Below, piece by piece: positions 1 to 10,502 of a DNA stretch of 64,000 nucleotides; within the stretch, counting starts at the first letter, position 1, and every line of letters starts with the position of its first letter. The notes under the pieces are model-generated. The model made no database searches. It was not told where the DNA came from and was given only the letters and a program-made list of their open reading frames with translations. Origin of the DNA: an uncultured Syntrophobacterales bacterium. Its GTDB lineage: Bacteria > Desulfobacterota > Binatia > UBA9968 > JAJDTQ01. The position numbers and the translations under genes were made by a program. The stretch covers positions 223,746 through 287,745 of the forward strand of contig CAYTMJ010000001.1 in assembly GCA_964438895.1 (NCBI GenBank), given 5' to 3'.

Positions 1-558
1 GAAGTGGACAACGCCATCGACCGAGTGATGACGTGTCGACCGGACTATCTCATAATGGGCATGTCTTCCGAGACCTTCTGGGACGGTGCCGAAGGGAGCC
101 GACGGCTGCTGGAGGCAGTGGAGCAGCGGGCGGGGGTGCGAGTCGCTATGGGCTCCTATGCCTGCAAGGCAGCACTTGAGGCCTACGGCGGCATCAGGCG
201 CATCGGGGTGATCACGCCGTACATGCCCGTTGGCGACGCCCAGGTAGTGCAGTTCTTCACCGACTGCGGGTATGAGGTAGCGCGCCTCAAGGGGCTCAAG
301 TGCCAGAGTCCGGTATTGATTGCACACGTGCAACCGGACGCGCTGAAAGCTGCGATTCGGGAGGTAGACGGCAACGACATAGATGCGGTGGTCCAGGTGG
401 GCACAAACTTGGCGATGGCGCGCTTGGCAGGTGGCGCGGAACGCCAACTGCAGAAGCCCGTCATCGCCATCAACACGGCCATCTACTGGTACGCATTGCG
501 GCAGAACGGGTTGTCGGACAGGCGCGATGGTTACGGCGCTTTGCTGTCGCAATTTTAA
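1..558 (+). CDS. Asp/Glu/hydantoin racemase-superfamily protein (maleate isomerase / arylmalonate decarboxylase-like), 5' partial
   Basis: The ORF runs in frame from base 1 and the listed GTG at 4 is probably internal. Similarity to the racemase/isomerase superfamily is judged by eye. Confidence 0.5.
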   Translation, partial: EVDNAIDRVMTCRPDYLIMGMSSETFWDGAEGSRRLLEAVEQRAGVRVAMGSYACKAALEAYGGIRRIGVITPYMPVGDAQVVQFFTDCGYEVARLKGLKCQSPVLIAHVQPDALKAAIREVDGNDIDAVVQVGTNLAMARLAGGAERQLQKPVIAINTAIYWYALRQNGLSDRRDGYGALLSQF

Positions 559-606
559 CACCTACACCAGGAAACCAGCGACAGAACAATTTCCGAGGGA
601 TAACCT

Positions 607-1398
607 ATGAATCTAAAAGCTTATCGCGTTCCCGCCTGGGAAACGGAGTCCGAACTGAAACATGGATTTCTGGGCCGAGTTGGCGGTAACAGCCAAGGAG
701 CCTACGCAGGACTCAACGCTTCCTTCGCGGTGGGGGATGAGACCCGGGCCGTCAACGACAACTACTGCGACATGAAACGGGCCATGGGCATGGCCGGCAC
801 CCGGATGGTCACCATGCAACAAAAACACGGCGACAATATCATCGATGTTACCGAATCGTGTAAGAATGCCGGCGAGGGGGACGCCATGATCACCTCCACA
901 CCCGGGGTGTTCCTTGCCGTACTTACGGCGGATTGTCTGCCAATCATTTGCTGGGCGCGCACCCCTCGCGGGAACCTAGCGGCGGTAATACACGCAGGCT
1001 GGCGCGGCACCCTAAACGGCGTAGCCATAAAGACGGTCCAGCGCATCCATAGCGGCCATGGCACCAAAGCCCAGGATCTGCATTGCGCCCTCGGACCGGC
1101 CATCGGGCCCTGCTGTTACGAGATCGGCACAGACGTCTCCGACCCGCTGTTGCAAAAGTGGGGAGAGAAGGCCGAGCCTTCTCTCAAGGTTCAACGCGGT
1201 AGAACCTACCTCGACTTAAGAATGTTAAACGTGGCACTTCTGGCGGAAGCGGGCGTACCAGTGACACAAATCGCTTCGACCGGCCCCTGCACCGCGTGCA
1301 ATCCAACGGAGTTCTTTTCTTACCGGCGGGAATCTCAGAAGGGTAATATTGTCACAGGCCGACAGGCTAGTTTCATCGGCTGGACAGAAATGGTCTGA
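607..1398 (+). CDS. pgeF: YfiH/PgeF family laccase-domain protein (purine nucleoside phosphorylase / polyphenol oxidase, DUF152)
   Basis: 263 aa with the characteristic HAGWRG motif and conserved Cys/His residues of the YfiH family. Confidence 0.75.
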   Translation: MNLKAYRVPAWETESELKHGFLGRVGGNSQGAYAGLNASFAVGDETRAVNDNYCDMKRAMGMAGTRMVTMQQKHGDNIIDVTESCKNAGEGDAMITSTPGVFLAVLTADCLPIICWARTPRGNLAAVIHAGWRGTLNGVAIKTVQRIHSGHGTKAQDLHCALGPAIGPCCYEIGTDVSDPLLQKWGEKAEPSLKVQRGRTYLDLRMLNVALLAEAGVPVTQIASTGPCTACNPTEFFSYRRESQKGNIVTGRQASFIGWTEMV

Positions 1399-1420
1399 CC
1401 AAAAACAAAGCCCTGGCTGA

Positions 1421-1448
1421 CGCAGTGGACAGCCAGGGCTCGGTGCAC
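1421..1448. terminator. Inverted repeat between convergent genes (gccctggctg ... cagccagggc)
   Basis: A 10-bp perfect stem seen directly in the sequence, lying between the yfiH-like stop and the convergent HEAT-repeat gene. Confidence 0.4.
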
Positions 1449-1662
1449 TGTCGGAATTGACCAAGACCCTCAATCCCGAAAGGCTAGAGAGCCTAGGTCT
1501 CAGTCACCTCGCAGCTACATAAGTCATTCATATTTTGACCACCTCCTTTCCGTGCTGACCGGATCTTAGGGGAGCAAGGGGGTGTTTGTCAAACTTTTAC
1601 TCGATCTTGAGGGGCCAACGACGCACAGGTGGGATCGAAATGTGCCCCTATCATGGTCGTAT

Positions 1663-2265
1663 TTAAGCGTCCGCGAGGCGCTTCACAGCGAACGTAGCGG
1701 CATTACGTACCCGCACATCGGGATCTTCGGTGGCAGCTTTCCTGAGAGCGGCCAGCTCTTCTATACCAACCGCGAGAAATTTGGTTAGGCTTGTTACCGC
1801 CGCCACTCGGACCAATGGCTCAGAGTCCTCCATAGACCCGAGCAACAAGCCGGAAAGTCCAGCCGCCCCAATATCCCGCAGGCAGTAGACCGCCATTCGA
1901 CGTTGGGTGGGCGATCCATCGCGGACCAGCAACTTAAGACGTAGCATTACCTCCGGGTAGGAAGCACCGAGGTCCGCCAGCAACAATTGCGTCGCCCATC
2001 GGATATCTTGATCGCCACTCCCGAGCCCCTGAACGAGCACTTCGAGGCAAGGTGCGGATGGGCGGGCTATCTGGCCAAGCGTGTAGGCGATGGTCCAAAG
2101 TGGCGAAATGAGGAACTGAGCATCAAGCACCCGTTCAACGCCCGGCTCCTCAACAGCCAGAGCCACCAGGCCTTCTACTGCACGTCGGACTTTAGCCTTG
2201 TCGGCTCCCTGTAACGCATCCAACAATGGTGTCATGCGCCCGTGAAGTGTTACGTTCTGAGCCAT
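1663..2265 (-). CDS. HEAT/PBS-lyase-like repeat protein
   Basis: 200 aa with repeated helical Leu/Ala/Val-rich units and repeated 'RVRNAA/VRVAAV' motifs typical of HEAT repeats. Confidence 0.55.
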   Translation of the reverse strand: MAQNVTLHGRMTPLLDALQGADKAKVRRAVEGLVALAVEEPGVERVLDAQFLISPLWTIAYTLGQIARPSAPCLEVLVQGLGSGDQDIRWATQLLLADLGASYPEVMLRLKLLVRDGSPTQRRMAVYCLRDIGAAGLSGLLLGSMEDSEPLVRVAAVTSLTKFLAVGIEELAALRKAATEDPDVRVRNAATFAVKRLADA

Positions 2266-2279
2266 GAGAACTGTTTACA

Positions 2280-3107
2280 CTAACGTGTTACCGTTTCACG
2301 TATCACGTCCCGTAGACGCCCCGGGTGATCCGTAGTGATGCCGTCTACGCCCAGCGCCAACAGCTTCTTCATTTCGTCCACCTCGTTGACAGTCCAGACG
2401 TGAACCTCGACGCCGAGGTTATGAGCAGCCGCTACCGACACCGGTGTCACGAGCGTCATACCTTGGTAGAAGGGTGGAATCTGGACCACTTGACCGGTGT
2501 GCTCCCGCGAAACCCGCCTTCCAGACCACAGGGCGGTCATGAAAGCATGGATCTCGTCCATAGAAAATCCCGTAGCGACGGGAAGGCCCCGGTCACGAAT
2601 CATCATGCGCACTGTTGCCATGGTTGCGTCGTCCTGAGCTGCCACTAGTAACTGCGGCGCTCTTTCGAACTCTTCGACGAGATCGAACAACGTTTCGATG
2701 GCCAACACTGACAACTCTTTGATCTCTACCGTCGTCTTGGCCTCGGCAAACTCGGAAAAGAACTCACGCAGGGTCGGAACTCGAATACCCTGCCCCCGGA
2801 ATGGGTAGGTAGCGCCTGCGTCGGCCGTGAACTGGAAGCCCGCGTCGAGCCTGGTCAGGCTGACCAGGTCCATTTCCCGCACTGCTCCGGCGCCGTTGGT
2901 CGTTCGCTGGACGGTATCGTCGTGGATGATCACGATCTCACCGTCGCGGGTTGCGTGCACGTCAAGCTCGATGTAAGTGGCGCCTTCCTCCAGGGCGCGA
3001 CGGAAGGAAACTAGGGTGTTCTCGGGCATAGTCCCAGCAGCACCTCGATGCCCGCCGATTCTAGGTGGTGGTTCTGCGAAGAATGAGTGTGGGAGGATCC
3101 TGCTCAT
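2280..3107 (-). CDS. Glycerophosphodiester phosphodiesterase (GDPD family)
   Basis: N-terminal motif HRGAAG..PENT followed by the E/D..H catalytic signature. Confidence 0.8.
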   Translation of the reverse strand: MSRILPHSFFAEPPPRIGGHRGAAGTMPENTLVSFRRALEEGATYIELDVHATRDGEIVIIHDDTVQRTTNGAGAVREMDLVSLTRLDAGFQFTADAGATYPFRGQGIRVPTLREFFSEFAEAKTTVEIKELSVLAIETLFDLVEEFERAPQLLVAAQDDATMATVRMMIRDRGLPVATGFSMDEIHAFMTALWSGRRVSREHTGQVVQIPPFYQGMTLVTPVSVAAAHNLGVEVHVWTVNEVDEMKKLLALGVDGITTDHPGRLRDVIRETVTR

Positions 3108-3152
3108 AGCTTACATGACTAGAAAAAAGAGCTGTGTCCGAGGGAATCCTTG

Positions 3153-3181
3153 AGTTTTTGGTCTTTGGGACGTATAATCCG
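3153..3181 (+). promoter_or_regulatory. Sigma70-like promoter (TTGAGT - 17 bp - TATAAT) upstream of the carboxylase operon
   Basis: Near-consensus -35 and -10 hexamers with 17-bp spacing, read directly from the sequence about 130 bp upstream of the first operon gene. Confidence 0.45.
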
Positions 3182-3313
3182 AAAGGTTCTTTTATAGTCC
3201 AGGATTCATCAACATTGAATAACCGCGGCGATCGTCCCGGGTCAAGAGAGAAACCGTTCAGGCAGCCTGCGGATTATATCGCGGCACCGAAAGGCGGCAG
3301 GTAGGGGGCGTTG

Positions 3314-4864
3314 ATGGCTGTAGAGGATCGACTTCTTAGACTGAAGGAATTGAACCGCCGCGCAAACCTCGGCGGTGGTGAGACACGCATACGTCGCCAG
3401 CACAAAGAAGGTAAGCTGCTGGCGCGCGAGCGCATTGAGATACTCCTAGACCCGGGTAGCTTCGTTGAGCTGGACCGCCTGCGGACCCACGAGTGCAACG
3501 ACTTCGACATGCAGGATCAGAAGATCCCAGGCGATGCTGTGGTCACAGGGTCCGGGGTCATCGATGGGCGCAACGTTTTCGTATACGCTCAGGATTTCAC
3601 CGTATTCGGAGGCAGCCTGAGCGGAGTGGTAGCGGACAAGATCTGCAAGGTCCAGGAGATGGCCATGCAGAACGGTGCTCCTATATTGGGGATAAACGAC
3701 TCCGGGGGAGCACGCATCCAGGAGGGAGTCGTCAGCCTAGACGGTTACGCCCGAATCTTCGCCAACAACGTCATGGCTTCGGGCGTTGTCCCGCAGATTT
3801 CTGCCATCATGGGACCGTGCGCGGGCGGGGCCGTCTACTCGCCTGCGATTACTGACTTCATCTTCATGACCCGAAACACTGGGTACATGTTCATCACCGG
3901 GCCAGACGTGATCAAAACCGTTACCCACGAAGAGGTCACCAAGGAGGAGTTGGGCGGCGCTGAGACCCACACCCGTAAGAGCGGTGTCGCGCACTTCTCC
4001 GCGGATAACGACAAGGATTGCCTGCTCATGATGCGTGAACTCATGGGCTTTCTCCCGAGCAACAATCTGGAAGAGCCCCCGTTCCATCCCACGGAGGACG
4101 ACCCCAATCGGCGCGACCAACGTTTGCAACATGTAGTACCGGAGAATCCCAACCTTCCCTACGACATGCGGGACTTGATTGGGGCGGTAGTGGACGAGGG
4201 CTACTTATATGAAGTCCATAAAGAGTTCGCTCCCAACATGGTCGTGGCGTTCGGACGCCTGGGAGGCAAAACGGTTGGAATTGTCGCCAACCAACCGGCC
4301 CATCTAGCGGGATGTCTGGACATCAACGCCTCGGTGAAGGCCGCACGGTTCGTGCGATTCTGCGATTGCTTCAACATCCCGGTGATTACCTTCGTGGACG
4401 TTCCGGGCTTCCTTCCTGGAACCGATCAGGAGTACGACGGCATCATCCGCCACGGCGCGAAGTTACTGTTCGCGTACGCCGAGGCTACTGTACCGAAGAT
4501 CACGGTCATTACCCGAAAAGCGTACGGCGGCGGTTACATCGTCATGGCCAGTAAATTTCTACGTGGCGACGTCAACCTGGCGTATCCGGCTTCCGAGATC
4601 GCGGTAATGGGTCCAGAGGGAGCCATCAACATCGTTTTCCGCAACGAGCTCAAGGAGGCGAAAGACGAGAAGAAGACCCGACAGAAGCTGGTCGACGACT
4701 ACCGGCGAAAATTCGCCAACCCCTTTCGGTCGGCAGAGCTGGGCAACCTCGATGCCATCATCGTGCCGGAGGACACACGTCCCACACTCATTCGCACGCT
4801 AGAAATGCTTAAGAAGAAGCGCGACAATCATCACCCCAAAAAGCACGGCAACATCCCGCTTTAG
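3314..4864 (+). CDS. pccB: Acyl-CoA (propionyl-/acetyl-CoA) carboxylase carboxyltransferase subunit (PccB/AccD5-like)
   Basis: ~517 aa with the typical N-terminus RLKELNRRANLGGGE..RQHKEGKL. ATG at 3314 is taken as the start; the ORF track begins at TTG 3311. Confidence 0.9.
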   Translation: MAVEDRLLRLKELNRRANLGGGETRIRRQHKEGKLLARERIEILLDPGSFVELDRLRTHECNDFDMQDQKIPGDAVVTGSGVIDGRNVFVYAQDFTVFGGSLSGVVADKICKVQEMAMQNGAPILGINDSGGARIQEGVVSLDGYARIFANNVMASGVVPQISAIMGPCAGGAVYSPAITDFIFMTRNTGYMFITGPDVIKTVTHEEVTKEELGGAETHTRKSGVAHFSADNDKDCLLMMRELMGFLPSNNLEEPPFHPTEDDPNRRDQRLQHVVPENPNLPYDMRDLIGAVVDEGYLYEVHKEFAPNMVVAFGRLGGKTVGIVANQPAHLAGCLDINASVKAARFVRFCDCFNIPVITFVDVPGFLPGTDQEYDGIIRHGAKLLFAYAEATVPKITVITRKAYGGGYIVMASKFLRGDVNLAYPASEIAVMGPEGAINIVFRNELKEAKDEKKTRQKLVDDYRRKFANPFRSAELGNLDAIIVPEDTRPTLIRTLEMLKKKRDNHHPKKHGNIPL

Positions 4865-4881
4865 GAGCGGGACCTCCGAAG

Positions 4882-6411
4882 ATGTTCAAACGGATCCTAG
4901 TAGCCAACCGTGGCGAAATCGCCGTCCGCATTATTCGGGCGTGCCGTGAACTGGATATCGAGAGTGTTGCCGTCTACTCCGAGGCAGACCGAGAAGCCCT
5001 TCATGTCAAGTACGCCGACTACTCCTACCTCGTAGGGCCACCCCCGTCCACAGAGAGTTACCTCCGTATCGACCGAATCATCGACGTTGCCCAGAAGAGC
5101 CGTGCCGACGCTATACACCCCGGCTACGGTTTTCTCGCCGAGAACCCGGCGTTTGCCCAGGCCTCCGAAGAAGCCGGCGTGGTCTTTCTAGGGCCCTCCC
5201 CGGAGATCATCAAGCAGATGGGGGACAAGGTCAATGCCAGGGCGCTGATGAAGAAAGCGGGGCTACCGGTCATCCCAGGCTCCGAGGACATCCTCAACTC
5301 CGAGGAGGAGGTACTGGAGACTGCTGAGGCCATCGGCTATCCCTGCGTCCTAAAGGCGGTAGCAGGTGGCGGTGGCAAGGGGCTGCGGCGGGTAGAATCA
5401 AGCAACGAAGTGAGTTCGGCCTATCGCGCGGCTCGTTCCGAGGCGGCCTCATCCTTCGGTGACTCCCGACTCTACGTCGAGAAATACCTGGAACGTTGCC
5501 GCCACATCGAAGTCCAACTTTTGGCGGACATCTACGGGAAGGTTCTGCACCTGTTTACTCGGGAATGCTCCATTCAGCGCCGCCACCAGAAGATCATAGA
5601 GGAATGTCCCGCCCCGACCATCGAAACTCGGATGCAGCGAACCATGGGCAAAACTGCGGCTCAAGGCGCCCGCGCGCTCAACTACACAGGCGTCGGTACC
5701 ATGGAGTTTCTGGTTGATCGCCACAAGAACTTCTACTTTCTCGAGATGAACACTCGCCTGCAGGTGGAACACGCCATTACCGAAAGGGTGGTGGGGATAG
5801 ACCTGGTTAAAGCTCAGATCAGCGTGGCCGCAGGGACGCCGCTACCCTGGTCGCAGCGCCAGATCCGCACCACCGGCCACGCCATCGAATGCCGCATCTA
5901 TGCCGAGGATCCGGAAACCGACTTCATGCCGTGTCCTGGCAAGATTGAAGGATTGCGACTGCCTGAGGGGTTCGGTATCCGGAATGACTGCGGCGTCTAT
6001 GAGGGTGCGGAGATCCCTATTCATTACGACCCTCTAATCGCCAAGCTCATCGTTTGGGGCGAGGATCGCCCCGAAGCCATACGACGCCTCAAGCGGGCCC
6101 TGCGCGAATACCAGGTGCGTGGCGTCAAAACCAACATCCCTTTTCACCAATGGATACTACGCCACCCCCAGTTCATCGAGGGCGACCTCTACACCGGGTT
6201 CGTAGATGACCAGCGGGGCTACATGACCATGGATCAGGTCTATCCGGATCGGCACGTGGCACTGGCCTCAGCGGCTATCGTTGCACTCCACAGAGAGCAG
6301 GAACGGGCGCTCCAGATGGTAGAGAAGGAAGCAACAGAAACGTCCGAGTGGCGCGACGCCGGGCGAAGGGAGGCCCTTCAGCCGCACGCGAGCCCGACGC
6401 GCGGGTGGTGA
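4882..6411 (+). CDS. accC: Biotin carboxylase subunit of acyl-CoA carboxylase
   Basis: N-terminus KRILVANRGEIAVRIIRAC and ATP-grasp motifs, with a C-terminal extension beyond the usual length. Confidence 0.9.
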   Translation: MFKRILVANRGEIAVRIIRACRELDIESVAVYSEADREALHVKYADYSYLVGPPPSTESYLRIDRIIDVAQKSRADAIHPGYGFLAENPAFAQASEEAGVVFLGPSPEIIKQMGDKVNARALMKKAGLPVIPGSEDILNSEEEVLETAEAIGYPCVLKAVAGGGGKGLRRVESSNEVSSAYRAARSEAASSFGDSRLYVEKYLERCRHIEVQLLADIYGKVLHLFTRECSIQRRHQKIIEECPAPTIETRMQRTMGKTAAQGARALNYTGVGTMEFLVDRHKNFYFLEMNTRLQVEHAITERVVGIDLVKAQISVAAGTPLPWSQRQIRTTGHAIECRIYAEDPETDFMPCPGKIEGLRLPEGFGIRNDCGVYEGAEIPIHYDPLIAKLIVWGEDRPEAIRRLKRALREYQVRGVKTNIPFHQWILRHPQFIEGDLYTGFVDDQRGYMTMDQVYPDRHVALASAAIVALHREQERALQMVEKEATETSEWRDAGRREALQPHASPTRGW

Positions 6412-6415
6412 AACC

Positions 6416-6919
6416 ATGGCGTTCATCGCAAAACTCGGCGGCCAGACCTCCGTAGTTCGGATCACAGAGACCGAAAAATCCCTCTATACAGTGGTGGTGG
6501 ATGGGCACGAATTCACTGTGGACGGCAGAAGAACCGGCCTCAACAACTACTCGCTTTTGATAGACAACCGCTCCTTCGAGGTGGACGTGGACACCACCGA
6601 GGATGAATACCACGTACTGCTGGACGGCAGGACCTATCACATCAACATGTCCGACGAGCGGCAAAACCGAGTCGGCGGTCGCCAGTCCGGGATTGAGATA
6701 TCCGGCAGGCAGGAGGTCAAGATCCCCATGCCAGGGAAGGTGGTGACCGTGCTGGTAAACGAGGGCGACACTGTAGCCAAGGGACAAGGCCTGGTGATCG
6801 TCGAAGCCATGAAGATGGAGAACGAAGTTCGGGCCTCCGGGGACGGTGAGGTCAAGGAGATTCGTGTCAAGGCAGGAGAGTCGGTAGAATCCGGGCAAGT
6901 GCTCGCGATCGTCGAATAG
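6416..6919 (+). CDS. accB: Biotin carboxyl carrier protein (biotinyl domain)
   Basis: The EAMKMENEV biotinylation motif (AMKM) lies near the C-terminus. The gene starts 5 bp after accC ends. Confidence 0.8.
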   Translation: MAFIAKLGGQTSVVRITETEKSLYTVVVDGHEFTVDGRRTGLNNYSLLIDNRSFEVDVDTTEDEYHVLLDGRTYHINMSDERQNRVGGRQSGIEISGRQEVKIPMPGKVVTVLVNEGDTVAKGQGLVIVEAMKMENEVRASGDGEVKEIRVKAGESVESGQVLAIVE

Positions 6920-6968
6920 GCATCGCTGCTGCGCAGGACCGCGGGTTAGATGCCCCAGCAGGTCCCCG

Positions 6969-7751
6969 CTAATCGTCGTCCTTCCCTTCCCTTCCTCGAA
7001 TAAAGTACACTAATACAATGGTCAGACCATAGAGTGCCGTCAACGGCAACGCTAGCAGGACCTGCGAGATAACATCAGGTGGGGTAAGGATGGCGCCCAG
7101 CACGACCATGCCCAAAAAGGCGTAAGGGAATTGGCTCATCATCATACGGTGATCAATGAGCCCCACCCGGGCTAGGAAGACACCCACCACTGGCAATTCA
7201 AAAACGACACCGAAGGCTAGCATGAGTTTGGCTGAGAACGATAGGTACTCGCTGACGCGAATAGCGGGACGGATGTCGAGATGTCGGTACTGTTCCAGGA
7301 AGAAACGATACCCTATGTCAAAGATCACCAAATAACAGAAGGTCGCTCCCAGAAGAAAGAATACCGTGCCAAAAAACACGAAACCCTTGGTATAGCGTCG
7401 CTCATTGCGGTAGAGACCCGGTGCAACAAACTTCCACGCGTGCCACAGCAAGACCGGCAACGACAGAAAGATCGCCGCCACGAACGCTACCTTCAACTTC
7501 GCGAAGAAAGCCTCGGCCACACCAGTGCCAATAACGGAGAGACCGAAGACCTCGAGCCGGAGCAGAGGCGCCGTCATGAAAGCGACCAGGAAATTTGCAA
7601 CTAAGTAACATACGAAGAAGGCTAGCAGGACAGCCAAGGAACACCTGATCAATCGCGACCTAAGCTCCTCGAGATGCGCTGTCAGCGGCATACTGGCCTC
7701 ATCTGACAGCGGCACCCCTTTCTCCTCACGCACGTCTTCGTCCGCGTTCAC
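6969..7751 (-). CDS. tatC: Twin-arginine translocase subunit TatC
   Basis: 260 aa polytopic membrane protein with a TatC-like N-terminus ([10 protein letters not shown]). Confidence 0.9.
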   Translation of the reverse strand: MNADEDVREEKGVPLSDEASMPLTAHLEELRSRLIRCSLAVLLAFFVCYLVANFLVAFMTAPLLRLEVFGLSVIGTGVAEAFFAKLKVAFVAAIFLSLPVLLWHAWKFVAPGLYRNERRYTKGFVFFGTVFFLLGATFCYLVIFDIGYRFFLEQYRHLDIRPAIRVSEYLSFSAKLMLAFGVVFELPVVGVFLARVGLIDHRMMMSQFPYAFLGMVVLGAILTPPDVISQVLLALPLTALYGLTIVLVYFIRGREGKDDD

Positions 7752-8020
7752 TCTTTCTTGGCAGGGGTGTCCATTGGAGATTCGGTATTGGCGGATTCGC
7801 CTTCTCCGGACGGGTCGGTGTTTGTTTCATCGCTGCTCGGGGGCGCGTCGACTTCATCCGCTGCGGCCTGCATTTCACGCTTTACGTCGTCCGTGGTGCG
7901 ACGAAACTCGGCCAACCCCCGCCCTAGGGTACGCGCCATCTCCGGCAGTTTCTTGGGCCCGAGCACTATGAGGGCTACAGCCAAGATCAGGAGCAACTCT
8001 GGCATACCTATTCCAAACAT
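7748..8020 (-). CDS. tatA: Twin-arginine translocase subunit TatA/E
   Basis: The N-terminus [27 protein letters not shown] is a canonical TatA sequence. The gene overlaps tatC by 4 bp. Confidence 0.85.
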   Translation of the reverse strand: MFGIGMPELLLILAVALIVLGPKKLPEMARTLGRGLAEFRRTTDDVKREMQAAADEVDAPPSSDETNTDPSGEGESANTESPMDTPAKKE

Positions 8021-8176
8021 TTAAACTCCTAACAAACAGGCTAAGGCATTTGCGAGAGCGAGTCAAAGAGTGCTGGCGATCTACCAAACCTGACCTTTGT
8101 TGGTGACCTAATCCAAATTCATCGAGATGGTCGATCTTTGACTGCCTGTCCTGGATGGTGATATCCTAGATCAAGT

Positions 8177-9202
8177 ATGCTCCGTTCCGCCATCGTAACT
8201 GACTCGGTGTTTCTGAAGCACCAAACCGGGCCTAACCACCCCGAGAGCCCCCAGCGCCTCGAGGTCCTCCTCGCTCTCACTGACGAGATCATACGTGACA
8301 ACGCCAACTACGAGCTTCTCCCACTTCGCGCGGCAGTCCAGGCGGAGTTGGAGATGTGCCACGATTCAGGTTACATCGACCTGGTCCGCTCCTCCTCCGA
8401 GCACAACCAGTTCGCGTTAGATGGAGACACCATCACCTGCCGGGATTCCTTTGGCGTAGCCCTAATGGCGGTAGGCGGATTTCTAGAACTGTTGGATGCC
8501 GTAGCAGCGTCTGAATTCGCCAACGGCTTCACCATGGTACGACCACCAGGCCATCACGCACTGAGAGATCGAGGCATGGGCTTCTGCCTGTTTAACACCG
8601 TAGCCATCGGCGCCCGGTATCTTCAACAGGAACACGGCGCTCAACGGGTCGCCATCATAGACTGGGATGTTCATCACGGAAACGGCTCGCAGGACAGCTT
8701 CTACGAGGACCCCTCGGTGCTCTTCCTCTCCGCACACCAATATCCCTACTATCCTGGAACCGGCGCGGCAGACGAGGTTGGACATGGCAAGGGTGTAGGC
8801 TACACAGTAAACGTCCCGCTACCAGCAGGCTGCGGCGATGCCGATTATCTGGCGGTCTTCAGGGAGATCATCGCGCCGACCATCGAGCGCTACCAGCCTG
8901 ACTGGCTACTCGTATCGGCGGGCTTCGATTCGCACCGCGACGATCCCCTGGCGGCAATGAATGTTTCCGAGAAGGGCTTTGGAATCATGGCCGATATGAT
9001 GCTGGAGTTAGCGCGCACATTTTGCGGCGGCAAAATCGTGTTCCTGCTGGAGGGCGGCTACAACCTGCCCGCATTACGCAACTCCGTAGCAACCGTGCTA
9101 GATCGCATGCAATCCGAGGAACCTGCTCCCCCAACTCTCGGTGGAGAACGTATCAATGCGCGTATTCGGGAAGTTCTACAAATCCAGGAGAAGTATTGGT
9201 AA
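8177..9202 (+). CDS. Histone deacetylase-family amidohydrolase (AcuC / acetylpolyamine deacetylase-like)
   Basis: HDAC motifs HHGNG and DxH are present. Confidence 0.8.
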   Translation: MLRSAIVTDSVFLKHQTGPNHPESPQRLEVLLALTDEIIRDNANYELLPLRAAVQAELEMCHDSGYIDLVRSSSEHNQFALDGDTITCRDSFGVALMAVGGFLELLDAVAASEFANGFTMVRPPGHHALRDRGMGFCLFNTVAIGARYLQQEHGAQRVAIIDWDVHHGNGSQDSFYEDPSVLFLSAHQYPYYPGTGAADEVGHGKGVGYTVNVPLPAGCGDADYLAVFREIIAPTIERYQPDWLLVSAGFDSHRDDPLAAMNVSEKGFGIMADMMLELARTFCGGKIVFLLEGGYNLPALRNSVATVLDRMQSEEPAPPTLGGERINARIREVLQIQEKYW

Positions 9203-9248
9203 AGCCCCTTGAAACAAAAAACAACGGCTCATTCTAACACACACGATC

Positions 9249-10502
9249 ATGGAAAATACTGACGGGCGTAGAGTTGTTATTACTGGGATGGGGATGGTAA
9301 CTCCCCTGGGCATCGGAGTAGACGCCAACTGGGAAGCAATTCAGGCTGGGCGCTCGGGCATCGGCCCCATCACCGGATTCGAAGACATCGAATTGTTCCC
9401 CAGCCGCATCGCCGGGCAGATCGACAACTTCAATCCCCAGGACTTCATCGACGCACGCGAAGTCAAAAAGATGGACCTGTTCATCCAATATGCCCTTGCA
9501 GCGGCCCAACTGGCCGTCGAGGATAGCGGATTTTCGGTTGACAGCGACGAGGCCTTTCGGGCCGGAGCTATTGTGGGCGTGGGCTTCTGTGGCATCGCTA
9601 CAATCGAGCAATACCATGAAGTGTACATGAAACAGGGTCCGCGCAAGATCTCCCCCTTCTTCATCCCCAAGGTCATCTCCAACCTGGCGCCGGCCCAGAT
9701 CGCAATCCGTTACGGCCTCAAGGGGGTCAACTGGACCCCCACCTCTGCATGTGCGTCCGGAAACAACGCAATTGGAGAAGCATTTCACTTGATTCGAGAG
9801 GGCCGGCAGGACGCTGTCATCGCGGGCGGGGCCGAAGCAGCCACGACCCCGCTTGGACTGGGCGGGTTCGCTGCCATGAAGGCGTTGTCCACGCGTAACG
9901 ACGATCCAAAGAGGGCAAGCCGGCCATTCGATAAAGAACGGGACGGATTCGTCATGTCGGAGGGCTCGGGCATGCTTGTACTGGAGGAACGCGAGCGCGC
10001 AATTCGCCGCGGCGCCACGGTCTACGGTGAGTTGATTGGGTACGCGACCAACGGCGATGCCTATCACATCACCTCCCCTTCGCCAGGCGGCGAAGGGGCC
10101 GCTCGCTGCATGGCGTTGACCCTCGAAGATGCTGGAATCAAAGCGGCGGAAGTCGACTACATCAACGCCCACGGGACCTCAACACCGTACAACGATGCGA
10201 ACGAGACCGCAGCCATTAAGGCGGTCTTCGGTGACCACGCCCGTAATATCGCGGTGAGCTCCACTAAATCCATGACAGGCCATCTCCTTGGCGCAGCCGG
10301 CGCAGTAGAGGCCATCTTCGGCACACTGGCACTCCACCAGGGCATATTGCCGCCGACCATCAACTACCAGATCCCGGACCCTGACTGCGATCTTGACTAC
10401 GTGCCCAACGAACCGCGGCAGGCGGACATCGAAGTCGCTCTTTCCAATTCCTTCGGTTTCGGTGGCACTAATGCATGCATCCTGCTCAGAAAGGCAATAT
10501 GA
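9249..10502 (+). CDS. fabF: 3-oxoacyl-ACP synthase II
   Basis: N-terminus [14 protein letters not shown], an active-site Cys and a C-terminal GFGGTNA motif. Confidence 0.9.
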   Translation: MENTDGRRVVITGMGMVTPLGIGVDANWEAIQAGRSGIGPITGFEDIELFPSRIAGQIDNFNPQDFIDAREVKKMDLFIQYALAAAQLAVEDSGFSVDSDEAFRAGAIVGVGFCGIATIEQYHEVYMKQGPRKISPFFIPKVISNLAPAQIAIRYGLKGVNWTPTSACASGNNAIGEAFHLIREGRQDAVIAGGAEAATTPLGLGGFAAMKALSTRNDDPKRASRPFDKERDGFVMSEGSGMLVLEERERAIRRGATVYGELIGYATNGDAYHITSPSPGGEGAARCMALTLEDAGIKAAEVDYINAHGTSTPYNDANETAAIKAVFGDHARNIAVSSTKSMTGHLLGAAGAVEAIFGTLALHQGILPPTINYQIPDPDCDLDYVPNEPRQADIEVALSNSFGFGGTNACILLRKAI

